From a virus (taxonomy: Duplodnaviria; Caudoviricetes), in IMG/VR virus record IMGVR_UViG_3300010043_000009, positions 1-30,279 of that record: a stretch of DNA of 30,279 bases; one strand, given 5' to 3'. The notes beneath the pieces were generated by a model that worked only from the letters and a program-made list of their open reading frames with translations, was not told the DNA's origin and searched no databases. This document shows, piece by piece, positions 1-7,283 of this stretch (positions within the stretch are counted from its first letter, which is position 1; every line of letters starts with the position of its first letter). The position numbers and the translations under genes are program-made.

Positions 1-568
1 CCGATTTGGGGTTCCAAACCTCGAAGCCACACTTAGGGCAGTGCAGGCCCTCCTCTAGGGGCGGACCTTTGGCCTCGTCCTCCGCCAGGATCTCCTTGGC
101 ACGTGCTTCCGTCTTCCGTAACCACTCGTCCAGCTGTGCCTTCTCCTCGGGCGTGGGGTTGGCAAGCTTTTCCTCGATGTATTTCTCCCAGACGCCCGGA
201 GCCGGGCCGGGACCGAACGGGTTTGCACGCCTGGTCGGCCTGCCTACGGGTTGTGACGGAGACTTGTGGGCAGGGCTCCACTCGAACTTACGGCTTTCGC
301 GGTCGTCAGGCTTCACCATGACTGGAGATATGATCACGCCGTGAGGGAGGTAATCGTGATCCGCATAGGGCGGAGGGAGCCCTTGGTAGGCGGCGTGCTT
401 AAAGTCCTGCACGATCAGTGGAAAGTCCGCTGGGTCAATGCTAGGGTTGAGTCCCCAGATGATCCTATACTCCGTGATGTTGTTTTGTATCATGAACTCC
501 CACAGCGTGTGAACATCGTCAGTGATCTCCACGCCATTGGGGCACCGTACCGTTATCTTCCTAGCCAT
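1..568 (-). CDS. Hypothetical phage protein, 3'-truncated by the window edge (MARKITVRCPNG...HCPKCGFEVWNPKS)
   Basis: Manually translated open frame from ATG at 568 to the window start; GGAGGAG RBS and extended -10 upstream; CPKC motif. Missing from the ORF track because it has no stop in the window. Confidence 0.8.
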   Translation of the reverse strand, partial: MARKITVRCPNGVEITDDVHTLWEFMIQNNITEYRIIWGLNPSIDPADFPLIVQDFKHAAYQGLPPPYADHDYLPHGVIISPVMVKPDDRESRKFEWSPAHKSPSQPVGRPTRRANPFGPGPAPGVWEKYIEEKLANPTPEEKAQLDEWLRKTEARAKEILAEDEAKGPPLEEGLHCPKCGFEVWNPKS

Positions 569-590
569 AGTCTCTCCTCCGAATGCGACT

Positions 591-599
591 ATTATACCA
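591..599 (-). promoter_or_regulatory. Extended -10 promoter (TGgTATAAT) for the 568 gene
   Basis: Minus strand reads ctaTGgTATAATagtcgcattcGGAGGAGagactATG; no recognisable -35. Confidence 0.6.
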
Positions 600-676
600 T
601 AGTTGAGCAGCGAAAGCTCTACTAATGGACAAAGTGCTCAAAGGCGACCTACAGCCAGTACAGACGGCATGGTGTG

Positions 677-905
677 CTTCGACCTTATTGAAAAGGTCCG
701 ACCTAAATTCTAAGTAGACAGAGGTTCAGACATGCGCAAGGGTGAGGAGGATTGGGCCAGTACGATCAGGATGATTCATGACCTAGAGATATATACATTA
801 TATATATATATAATAATATATATACCAACCCTGACACGCATCCCTACCCTGTTTGAAACTGCGTCTCCTTAGAATTTAGGTCGGACCTTTTCAATAAAGT
901 CGAAG
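677..905. repeat. 38-bp inverted repeat (677-714 / 868-905, 1 mismatch) enclosing an AT-rich core; candidate replication origin
   Basis: cttcgaccttattgaaaaggtccgacctaaattctaag versus cttagaatttaggtcggaccttttcaataaagtcgaag; TA-rich run at about 787-824. The repeat is seen directly; origin function is inferred. Confidence 0.85.
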
Positions 906-911
906 GTGTCG

Positions 912-951
912 GGTGTGGCACTGCCCTTGTATATATTGGCAGTGCCACACC
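912..951. repeat. Perfect 14-bp inverted repeat GGTGTGGCACTGCC-N12-GGCAGTGCCACACC
   Basis: Seen directly, just downstream of the 958-1122 gene; no U-tract, so not a classic intrinsic terminator. Confidence 0.85.
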
Positions 952-957
952 GCAGTG

Positions 958-1122
958 TTACGCCGGCTTCGGCGTCTTGTCCTGGACGATTACCTCGATC
1001 TCCGGCCCGAACATGCCCTTGGGCACGTAGATGTTGGGGATGGGAGCGTCAGGGTTCTCGTCGATGTACACATCCTTCCGCTTGGTGGAGCGGCTGTGTT
1101 TGAGCGTGGTTTCTATCTTCAT
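958..1122 (-). CDS. Small hypothetical protein, 54 aa (MKIETTLKHSRSTKRKDVYIDENPDAPIPNIYVPK...)
   Basis: Manual translation; GGAGGT RBS; co-oriented with neighbours. Confidence 0.65.
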   Translation of the reverse strand: MKIETTLKHSRSTKRKDVYIDENPDAPIPNIYVPKGMFGPEIEVIVQDKTPKPA

Positions 1123-1190
1123 GACACCTCCGTGTCAGGGTTAGGGCAGAGGGGTGCGGCAGTGTATATCCGCACCCGCTCCGCTCGTTG

Positions 1191-1478
1191 TCAAACGCTC
1201 TCGGTCGCGGTCTCGGTCTCGGTCACCGGCTCGGATTCGGGCGTCTCCGCGGCTTCCGCGGCAGCGGCCTTCTCCATCATCAGGGCCTCGACCATGGCCT
1301 CCAGCTCCTTAACCCGGCCGGCCTTCTTCTGGTTGTACTTGATGCGGTAGATCTTCTGCTCCACTGCGTCAAGGGCCAGGTCCCACACTTCCCGCTCACC
1401 GATCCGCTCGAACTTGTCGAGCAGACCTTTGGCGCGGTACTTGTTGCGGGCGAATTCGTTGAAAGTGTTGATATCCAA
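1191..1478 (-). CDS. Basic/coiled-coil (bZIP-like) protein with acidic tail, 95 aa; paralog of 3292-3645
   Basis: TTG start at 1478 with GGAGGT RBS, inside track ORF 1191-1610; 25/40 identities to 3292-3645 over LALDAVEQ...MEKAAA. Confidence 0.75.
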   Translation of the reverse strand: MDINTFNEFARNKYRAKGLLDKFERIGEREVWDLALDAVEQKIYRIKYNQKKAGRVKELEAMVEALMMEKAAAAEAAETPESEPVTETETATESV

Positions 1479-1536
1479 TGCAGTACCTCCGGCGCGATAG
1501 TGTGATATAGTTCTTTCGCGCTGTTTTGATACTGAT

Positions 1537-1565
1537 ATTGTACCACAACGAATTTGAAAAATCAA
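1537..1565 (-). promoter_or_regulatory. Sigma70-type promoter TTGATT-17-TACAAT with extended -10 TG
   Basis: Minus strand: TTGATT tttcaaattcgttgTGg TACAAT, upstream of the 1478 start. Confidence 0.7.
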
Positions 1566-1763
1566 GGGACGGGAGATCATGGCAAGGTTCACTGACAGTG
1601 GGATCAGCACGGGCGGGCCTATACCCCCAGACTCCTGGGCAGGTTCGAGGGCCCTGCGCCCAATGCGGTGGAGACGCCTATGGCGGTGCTCTAATGTAGA
1701 TCATACTACACTCCTAGGAAGAAGGCACTAGCTATGGACAACTAGTTCAAAGGAAGTGGGAGC

Positions 1764-2315
1764 TCACTTCTTACCCTTCTTCAGTTTCTCGATCTCCGCC
1801 TCGAGCCATTGGATCTTGGCCTCGAGTCGGGACTCCATTGCTGCATCACCGTTAGGATCACGGTCGGACCAGTCCTCAGCCTGATGCTCATCGCCTGGGA
1901 ACCGGGCGTGCTCCACGAACTTCGTGAATGCAGGAGGATCCTCAGACCTGAACGGATTCTTTTTGAACTCCGCTCCGCATCGGCATTTGATCCATCTGGC
2001 GTTAGCGAGCTCGCGAGACAGCCTGGCGTCCTTGGACCTCACCGTTTTCTCGGTGTCCAACGGTTCTACCGGCTTCTCGTCTCTCGCCAACCTGAACGGA
2101 TGGATCGTTCCTTCCATCATCCCTTTCTTGCAATCCTTACAGATTGGGACGTTGGCGAACTCCTTCCACCGCGTGACATCAGCCGTTCTGTCACAGTTCA
2201 CGCAGTGATCCGGCTCGCCCACAATGGTCACCCATTGCTTGTGAGACTGAGGATTCCGATCTTTCGGATGCCTCGGTTTACGATACAGGGGTTGTTTATT
2301 GAGATCCCTGCTCAT
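1764..2315 (-). CDS. Hypothetical protein with Cys motifs (CVNC, CKDC, CRC..H), possible Zn-binding, C-terminal coiled coil
   Basis: 183-aa ORF; ATGA overlap with the upstream gene; RBS present. Confidence 0.75.
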   Translation of the reverse strand: MSRDLNKQPLYRKPRHPKDRNPQSHKQWVTIVGEPDHCVNCDRTADVTRWKEFANVPICKDCKKGMMEGTIHPFRLARDEKPVEPLDTEKTVRSKDARLSRELANARWIKCRCGAEFKKNPFRSEDPPAFTKFVEHARFPGDEHQAEDWSDRDPNGDAAMESRLEAKIQWLEAEIEKLKKGKK

Positions 2316-2461
2316 TTCACCTTCCTCCGTGTGTACTTACGTTTCACACGTGGCTGTTTACGCGCCGCTATCTTACTCAAGCCTTTGAGGATCGGCGCTA
2401 CATCCTCAAGCTTAGTCTCGAACTTATCGTCCGAGGTTACAACGACCCACACACGTTTCAC
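2312..2461 (-). CDS. Small basic protein, 49 aa (MKRVWVVVTSDDKFETKLEDV...KRKYTRRKVK)
   Basis: Manual translation; AAGGAGG RBS, GTG start; fills the gap and couples to 1764-2315. Confidence 0.65.
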   Translation of the reverse strand: MKRVWVVVTSDDKFETKLEDVAPILKGLSKIAARKQPRVKRKYTRRKVK

Positions 2462-2462
2462 G

Positions 2463-2801
2463 TCACTCAGTGACCTCCTTACCTACTTTATTGCCGAGTC
2501 TCTCTACGGCTTCCCGGAGCTGCTGAGCTCGCTTTTGGTACTTCTCCTCTTCCTTCTCTGCTCTACGCTTTTCGGCGTAGTCGAGCCTGGCGAGGATGTC
2601 CTCGTCTGTTGACTTGGCGTTGCAGATACACCAGGCAGCCTTGAGGAGCATCGTTCTACGCTCTCGAGCTATACGCTCGATGTTGTAGAGTTCCTTAGCG
2701 GCCTCTCGGAGTTGGTCCTCGATTGTGTGGAGGTAAATAGGTTTGGATGAATCTGATAGTTTCATAACATCCTTCTGCGTGGTAAGGTATGCGCAGCCCA
2801 C
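2463..2801 (-). CDS. Hypothetical coiled-coil protein (true start may be ATG 2765)
   Basis: ORF track; charged helical composition; tight packing. Confidence 0.7.
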   Translation of the reverse strand: MGCAYLTTQKDVMKLSDSSKPIYLHTIEDQLREAAKELYNIERIARERRTMLLKAAWCICNAKSTDEDILARLDYAEKRRAEKEEEKYQKRAQQLREAVERLGNKVGKEVTE

Positions 2802-2813
2802 CGGTTACGGAGT

Positions 2814-3197
2814 TTAGATCACTTCGAAGTAACGCACATCTCCACGACTGTTAATCATTTCCTTGTACGTCTCTTCCTCGTTCTGGAACATGTAGACCAC
2901 CTTCAGCTTACCGTCCTTCATCCACTGGAAGTGATCGTCATAGGTGATCGGGAAGCTCCTCTGTAGGTACTTCGCGACCGCGAGACGGTTGGCTTTCAGA
3001 TCCTCTGCCTCACTCGGATGTACGAGGTGAATCGTCGTAGCCGGGTTCTGTTTCAACTCCGGTACGAACTTCTCGTATACCTTAGCGATAGGAGCCGGAG
3101 CGTTGCAGTGAGGGTACTCGGACAGACGTACTGCTGCTACGCTGTTAGGAGCAAAGGTAGAGAACTCACGCCAACCACTGCTTGTCTTTATAAACAT
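2814..3197 (-). CDS. Hypothetical protein, 127 aa
   Basis: ORF track; ATG with AAAAGG upstream; co-oriented cluster. Confidence 0.7.
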   Translation of the reverse strand: MFIKTSSGWREFSTFAPNSVAAVRLSEYPHCNAPAPIAKVYEKFVPELKQNPATTIHLVHPSEAEDLKANRLAVAKYLQRSFPITYDDHFQWMKDGKLKVVYMFQNEEETYKEMINSRGDVRYFEVI

Positions 3198-3208
3198 AAC
3201 GACCTTTT

Positions 3209-3259
3209 GGAGTGACTACGTTCCGCTCTTCCCGAAGGCGCTGGAGCCGTAGTCACTCC
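3209..3259. other. Intergenic hairpin, 12-bp perfect stem GGAGTGACTACG / CGTAGTCACTCC
   Basis: Seen directly between two leftward genes; no U-tract on the coding strand. Confidence 0.7.
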
Positions 3260-3291
3260 TGTTACGGAGTTAAGAGGCCAAGTTGAGAACG

Positions 3292-3645
3292 TTATTCGTC
3301 AGACGATTCCAGACCGTCGTCCTCATCCTCATCCTCATCACCCATCGCGGCAGCCCGCTCCTTCATCAGAGCGGCCACCTTCGCCTCCAGAACCTTCACC
3401 TTGTTGGCCTTCTTCTTGTTGTAGGCCTTACGGTAAAGTTTCTGTTTGAGACCCTCGAGTGCCAGAGACAGGACGGAGGAGACGGTGAACGGCTCCTTCA
3501 GCTTGAAGCCCATGCTCAGTGCCACTCGCGATGCGGTCTCGTTGAACTGTTCGAGCTGTTTAGTATCCATAACGCTCACGTGCGACATATCGTCGCTGTT
3601 AGTAGGAGTTGAACCGTTGTTGTTGGTGTTGTCGATATCGCTCAT
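3292..3645 (-). CDS. Basic/coiled-coil (bZIP-like) protein with DE-rich tail; paralog of 1191-1478
   Basis: YRKAYNKKKANKVKVLEAKVAALMKE followed by DEDEDEDD; RBS AGAAGG. Confidence 0.8.
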   Translation of the reverse strand: MSDIDNTNNNGSTPTNSDDMSHVSVMDTKQLEQFNETASRVALSMGFKLKEPFTVSSVLSLALEGLKQKLYRKAYNKKKANKVKVLEAKVAALMKERAAAMGDEDEDEDDGLESSDE

Positions 3646-3693
3646 TGTTTACCTTCTTTGTGCGTGATATCGTATGCGCATCCCACGGTTAGG

Positions 3694-3912
3694 TCAAAGC
3701 TTAGCGCTCTGACGGACTTTGTAGCGGAGTTCGATCTCCTCCTTCACCGCGGAGGGCTTACGACCTGCCATTTCGCAGGTCTCCTCGAACGGCCAGGGAG
3801 CATCAGCTCCGTTGATCCAGGCGATGATGTCTTCGGCATCACCGAACAGGATCTCCTTACGTGCGTTCTTGATCAACGCACGTGCTATACGATGCAGGCA
3901 TCGTTTGTCCAT
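3694..3912 (-). CDS. Hypothetical protein, 72 aa (MDKRCLHRIARALIK...)
   Basis: ATG 3912 with AGGAGG RBS inside track ORF 3694-4044. Confidence 0.7.
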   Translation of the reverse strand: MDKRCLHRIARALIKNARKEILFGDAEDIIAWINGADAPWPFEETCEMAGRKPSAVKEEIELRYKVRQSAKL

Positions 3913-3923
3913 ACTCAGACCTC

Positions 3924-4109
3924 CTATATCCTTTCGATCAGTTTGGTCGCCACCAAGATGGTTTCTATCTTGTGGCGAGCGTTGTCCATATCCATGCTCA
4001 GCTGCTCTCTGTCGATCTCTCCCTTCCTCCACCTCAGCTCCCACGAGAGCTGCTTCAGATCGGACAGACCCTGACGGATCTGGTCCTGTTGGACCTTTAG
4101 TAGCTTCAC
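3924..4109 (-). CDS. Hypothetical protein, 61 aa
   Basis: GTG start with AAGGAGG RBS; ORF track. Confidence 0.7.
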   Translation of the reverse strand: MKLLKVQQDQIRQGLSDLKQLSWELRWRKGEIDREQLSMDMDNARHKIETILVATKLIERI

Positions 4110-4110
4110 T

Positions 4111-4257
4111 TCAGACCTCCTTGATCTGAATGATCTTGTATCCCCGTTTGAGGATACCGTTTACGGAGTTACGAGCTTGGCTTGCCCGCAAAGCCGCTGT
4201 CACGTGATGGTACACGTTACCAGCGATGTCCACGATCGTGAGTTCAAAGTGTCTCAC
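4111..4257 (-). CDS. Small hypothetical protein, 48 aa (MRHFELTIVDIAGNVYHH...YKIIQIKEV)
   Basis: Manual translation; AGGAGG RBS, GTG start; fills the gap. Confidence 0.65.
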   Translation of the reverse strand: MRHFELTIVDIAGNVYHHVTAALRASQARNSVNGILKRGYKIIQIKEV

Positions 4258-4441
4258 TTTTCCTCCTGCCTTTCGTCCACAGCTCTTCCTGGAGCTGATG
4301 GAGTTCTTCGACGTTGTGATCGATGTCCCGTTGTAAGATCCCGTTCTGGAATCTCAGGAACTCGATCCTATCCTTGATCTGATCCGTCCTGGTATAGGAC
4401 GGATAGACCCAATGGAACGCATCACGGTTATCTGGATGCAC
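4244..4441 (-). CDS. Hypothetical coiled-coil protein, 65 aa
   Basis: GTG start with AAGGAGGT RBS; ORF track. Confidence 0.7.
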   Translation of the reverse strand: MHPDNRDAFHWVYPSYTRTDQIKDRIEFLRFQNGILQRDIDHNVEELHQLQEELWTKGRRKSETL

Positions 4442-4577
4442 GGTTTACCTCCTTAGTATACCAGTGCCTTGTGAGGAGATGCAACGCTCTGAAGCACACG
4501 CTGCATTCCCAACGTTTGTGGTTGTAACACCACGTGAGCCATCCTTCACGATGGCAATGTGGACATCTGCCCTTCAT
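4428..4577 (-). CDS. Small Zn-ribbon-like protein, 49 aa (MKGRCPHCHREGWLTWCYNHKRWECSVC...)
   Basis: Manual translation; two CxxC motifs; AAAGGAGG RBS. Confidence 0.65.
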   Translation of the reverse strand: MKGRCPHCHREGWLTWCYNHKRWECSVCFRALHLLTRHWYTKEVNRASR

Positions 4578-4634
4578 AGTTAGGGCCTCCTTTGTACCAA
4601 GCTGGTGCTGGTACGGTTAAGGTCGGGAACGAGG

Positions 4635-4781
4635 TCATACCTCGTGTATCCGACAGTTATGAATCCAGTAGCGTTCCTCCACTACGAGCTTGCACCCGCA
4701 GTAGAAGGTTACGAAGGTACGTATGGCGCTACTACCGTAGTAGTAGACGGCTACGCAATGAATCGCAATTGATTCAAACAT
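4635..4781 (-). CDS. Small hypothetical protein, 48 aa (MFESIAIHCVAVYYYGSS...)
   Basis: Manual translation; GAGGT RBS; directly downstream of the 49-bp repeat copy. Confidence 0.5.
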   Translation of the reverse strand: MFESIAIHCVAVYYYGSSAIRTFVTFYCGCKLVVEERYWIHNCRIHEV

Positions 4782-4803
4782 TGAGTTACCTCGATGTTAG
4801 GAT

Positions 4804-4852
4804 GTTTGTAACAGATATTCTGTTGCCACGTCACTGTTACCTGACGCCGTTT
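4804..4852. repeat. 49-bp direct repeat, copy 1 (45/49 identical to 5129-5177)
   Basis: gtttgtaacagatattctgttgccacgtcactgttacctgacgccgttt; contains AACAGA-tat-TCTGTT and GTAACAG/CTGTTAC dyads. Confidence 0.9.
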
Positions 4853-4873
4853 GCTAGACAGAACCTCAGCGGT

Positions 4874-5113
4874 CTACTCTACCAAGGGCCGAACGTGTAT
4901 CGCAACGTAGTCGCAACCGCTTTCCCAACAGGTTTCGGAAACCTGTTGGTAGTACGCATCACTGTCATCGTAACCAGTGGGTACGCAGTTAGACCACGCC
5001 ACGAAGCGTTCTGCAGCCTCGATAGCCTTCTGACGAGAGGTGAAAGCACAAAGGACTTCGTGTCCTTCGTGCATCTCGCCATAGACCACCAAGTAAATGT
5101 CCTGCATGAACAT
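4874..5113 (-). CDS. Hypothetical protein, 77-79 aa
   Basis: ORF track; AGGAG RBS fits ATG 5107 best. Confidence 0.7.
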   Translation of the reverse strand: MFMQDIYLVVYGEMHEGHEVLCAFTSRQKAIEAAERFVAWSNCVPTGYDDSDAYYQQVSETCWESGCDYVAIHVRPLVE

Positions 5114-5128
5114 CTCCTGATGACGTTC

Positions 5129-5177
5129 GTTTGTAACAGATATTCTGTTGCCGCGTCGCTGTTACCCAACGCCGTTT
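5129..5177. repeat. 49-bp direct repeat, copy 2
   Basis: gtttgtaacagatattctgttgccgcgtcgctgttacccaacgccgttt; intergenic, upstream of a leftward gene. Confidence 0.9.
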
Positions 5178-5182
5178 AAACG

Positions 5183-5404
5183 TTACAGATACTTCCTCCA
5201 GAAGGCCTTGAGGATCAGTGTCTCCTTCGTTCCTTCTGAGAACTCGTCGAGAACCTTTCCATCTGGAGATTTTATCCTCCAGAACTTACGAAAGCTATCT
5301 CCATCGAAGATCAGCTCAAGGATGGCACTCCAATAGAGTGTTCCTTGATCTTCCGATTCGACCAGAAGGTCGACCGGTTTCAGATCACGACAAACCATTT
5401 CCAT
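5183..5404 (-). CDS. Hypothetical protein, 73 aa
   Basis: ATG with AGGAGGT RBS; ORF track. Confidence 0.75.
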   Translation of the reverse strand: MEMVCRDLKPVDLLVESEDQGTLYWSAILELIFDGDSFRKFWRIKSPDGKVLDEFSEGTKETLILKAFWRKYL

Positions 5405-5417
5405 AAGAACCTCCTAA

Positions 5418-5615
5418 TTACTTCGTTTCGATCAACCGTAACGAAGGTGAAGTGGCAGGGTTAATCTCTACCATATACTCACCATCGAACGCATAGTTCA
5501 CAGGACGATCACCAGGTTGAGATATTCGGATTTCCACATGGTCTTCCGATTCCATCTCGATAAAGGTTGTTCCTGCGGTACGGCTCAAACGAGTTACTTT
5601 AACACTGTAGATCAT
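5418..5615 (-). CDS. Hypothetical protein, 65 aa (MIYSVKVTRLSRT...)
   Basis: ATG 5615 with AAGGAG RBS inside track ORF 5418-5633. Confidence 0.7.
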   Translation of the reverse strand: MIYSVKVTRLSRTAGTTFIEMESEDHVEIRISQPGDRPVNYAFDGEYMVEINPATSPSLRLIETK

Positions 5616-5695
5616 TGTTTGCTCCTTAAGCAAAACGTTGTTAGGGTTAATTGAACGTGAATTGAACGTGACTTTATATTACTATACTATATGTA

Positions 5696-5908
5696 TTACT
5701 CCTTACATACCATTGATTCTAGCTTGTAACGTGTGATATAGTAGATATCACTATTACTATTACTATACATATGATACCTCTTTACTATGTACTTATTATA
5801 TATCATTTCGTTTAGTGATTCGCTAGTATCTATATTACATATCATGTTATGTTCTTCTCTCGTGGTGGTTGTTGTTCTCTTGTTGTTGTTCGTTATTGTT
5901 GTTATCAT
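5696..5908 (-). CDS. Possible small AT-rich ORF
   Basis: ORF track; low-complexity N-terminus, in an atypically AT-rich stretch; may not be real. Confidence 0.25.
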   Translation of the reverse strand: MITTITNNNKRTTTTTREEHNMICNIDTSESLNEMIYNKYIVKRYHMYSNSNSDIYYITRYKLESMVCKE

Positions 5909-6091
5909 CGTTCGTTATCCTATTGGCATCGCGAGCGTTCACTGCACAGGCAATTTCTAATTAATTTCTTGTATATACCCCCCTCTATATATAATGATGA
6001 ATATATATTATGTATTCCCCGTACTCTCTCTAAAAACTGCCCGACCATCACCGTTGAAAACCGACGACTTTAGGCACGTCATCCAAAGCCC

Positions 6092-6120
6092 TTGCCAACA
6101 GCTCACTGACATGGTATAAT
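6092..6120 (+). promoter_or_regulatory. Sigma70-type promoter TTGCCA-17-TATAAT with extended -10 TG, heading the rightward operon
   Basis: TTGCCA 6092-6097, 17-bp spacer ending TGg, TATAAT 6115-6120. Confidence 0.8.
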
Positions 6121-6189
6121 ACTGCCTAGGAAGGCAGTTCGGAGCCGCCTACACTGTCCGCGCTGCCACACCGGTCAACTACAACCACA

Positions 6190-6630
6190 ATGCATTTCCA
6201 AGAACTAAAGGCAGTTCGCATCCCATTCACAGCGTCCGGCCTACGTGTGCCCATGACATACAGGCTAACTGACATCATTAACATGCGCCAGGCCACCGAA
6301 GACCTAGCGGCCAGATTCTTGTACGAACACTGGCTCGGCCACTCCGTCACCGCCTTCACCACTGATGGTGACGCCCTATACAATAGGCTGTCCAAGCTAC
6401 TCCGGCCCGGTACGGTGATGCATATGCTCATCGGCCCCTCCCGGTTAATCTCAAGGTCCACGGATATCTCCCTCCATCCTTGTGCATGGCTCGAGTGCCC
6501 TCGCTGCCGTGTACGGGTTGGTATCTCATCGCGCCAGAAGCCACTGGCGTTCCCCTACACCTTAAAGCTTCTCCGGACAGGTGATGAGATACCTATTGAA
6601 AGACTGGGGCCTCACAGCCTCTCCAACTAG
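6190..6630 (+). CDS. Hypothetical protein with a CPRC motif
   Basis: First ORF after the promoter; no clear RBS; overlaps the next gene by 50 nt. Confidence 0.5.
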   Translation: MHFQELKAVRIPFTASGLRVPMTYRLTDIINMRQATEDLAARFLYEHWLGHSVTAFTTDGDALYNRLSKLLRPGTVMHMLIGPSRLISRSTDISLHPCAWLECPRCRVRVGISSRQKPLAFPYTLKLLRTGDEIPIERLGPHSLSN

Positions 6631-7027
6631 CCCCTCCGACGGCACAGCCGTTGTCTCCCAGCAGCGTGTAGCGGCTCAGAACGCCTACAACGCTCAGCAG
6701 GACGACGAGGTCGATATCTCTGACCTCTGTCGAGTTCACAAAACCGATATAGTTCGCACTTGGGCTGAGGTGATGCTTGATGTACAGGCGTCGCCGAATG
6801 CCCGCATAGCCGCGGCCTCTGCCCTAGCCGATCGTGGTTGGGGCCGCTCGCCCTCCGTGGTGACGGCACCCAACAATAACACGATCAACTTTAACTTCAG
6901 CGATCAGAAGCCCATTGAGCAACGTCTCGAGTACGCAAAAGGAGTCCTAGATGCCCTCCAAGAAGCCGAGCAGCAAGCCAAAGCCATCGAAATCACCGTC
7001 GAAGAAGAGATCGAAGAAGGCCACTAG
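6581..7027 (+). CDS. Probable terminase small subunit-like protein
   Basis: Position upstream of TerL; motif ARIAAASALADRGWGR resembles helical phage proteins at this locus; acidic C-terminus. Confidence 0.55.
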   Translation: MMRYLLKDWGLTASPTSPSDGTAVVSQQRVAAQNAYNAQQDDEVDISDLCRVHKTDIVRTWAEVMLDVQASPNARIAAASALADRGWGRSPSVVTAPNNNTINFNFSDQKPIEQRLEYAKGVLDALQEAEQQAKAIEITVEEEIEEGH

Positions 7028-7047
7028 CGGTGGCACCAAGATGAGAT

Positions 7048-7176
7048 TTGATTAGGAAGGTCAAATCCGGATACCGAGTAGTCTCGCACCGGACAGGACG
7101 AAACCTCGGTACCTTTAGCACGAAGCTAGCGGCACGACGCCGTTTAAGGCACTTGCGGAAGTTTCGTCGTAAGTAG
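7048..7176 (+). CDS. Small basic phage protein, 42 aa (MIRKVKSGYRVVSHRTGRNLGTFSTKLAARRRLRHLRKFRRK)
   Basis: Manual translation, TTG start; resembles short GxNLGT-motif hypothetical proteins of phage head regions. Confidence 0.6.
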   Translation: MIRKVKSGYRVVSHRTGRNLGTFSTKLAARRRLRHLRKFRRK

Positions 7177-7206
7177 TACATTGGCACCTGCCTACGAAGG
7201 CAGAAC

Positions 7207-7250
7207 AATGGCACACCTTAGGGGGAATAGAGAGCAAAATCTCAGAGGAA
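7207..7250 (-). repeat. Dispersed virion-operon repeat, copy A (reverse orientation)
   Basis: 7218-7250 is 32/33 identical to 27199-27231; near reverse complement of 8798-8844. Confidence 0.95.
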
Positions 7251-7268
7251 GGGGCAGCTCCGCCTTTT

Positions 7269-7283
7269 CTCAGGATGAATGGC
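7269..7283 (+). repeat. 15-bp direct repeat CTCAGGATGAATGGC, upstream of TerL
   Basis: Identical to 8677-8691. Confidence 0.9.

Noticed and set aside
1636-1662. GGTTCGAG as a tRNA T-loop
   Set aside because: No cloverleaf, D-arm or acceptor stem with correct spacing.
6-5406. Plus-strand ORFs in the left arm (e.g. 266-625, 913-1350, 1809-2612, 3658-4074, 4592-5179)
   Set aside because: Antisense to a tightly packed leftward gene series with strong RBSs.
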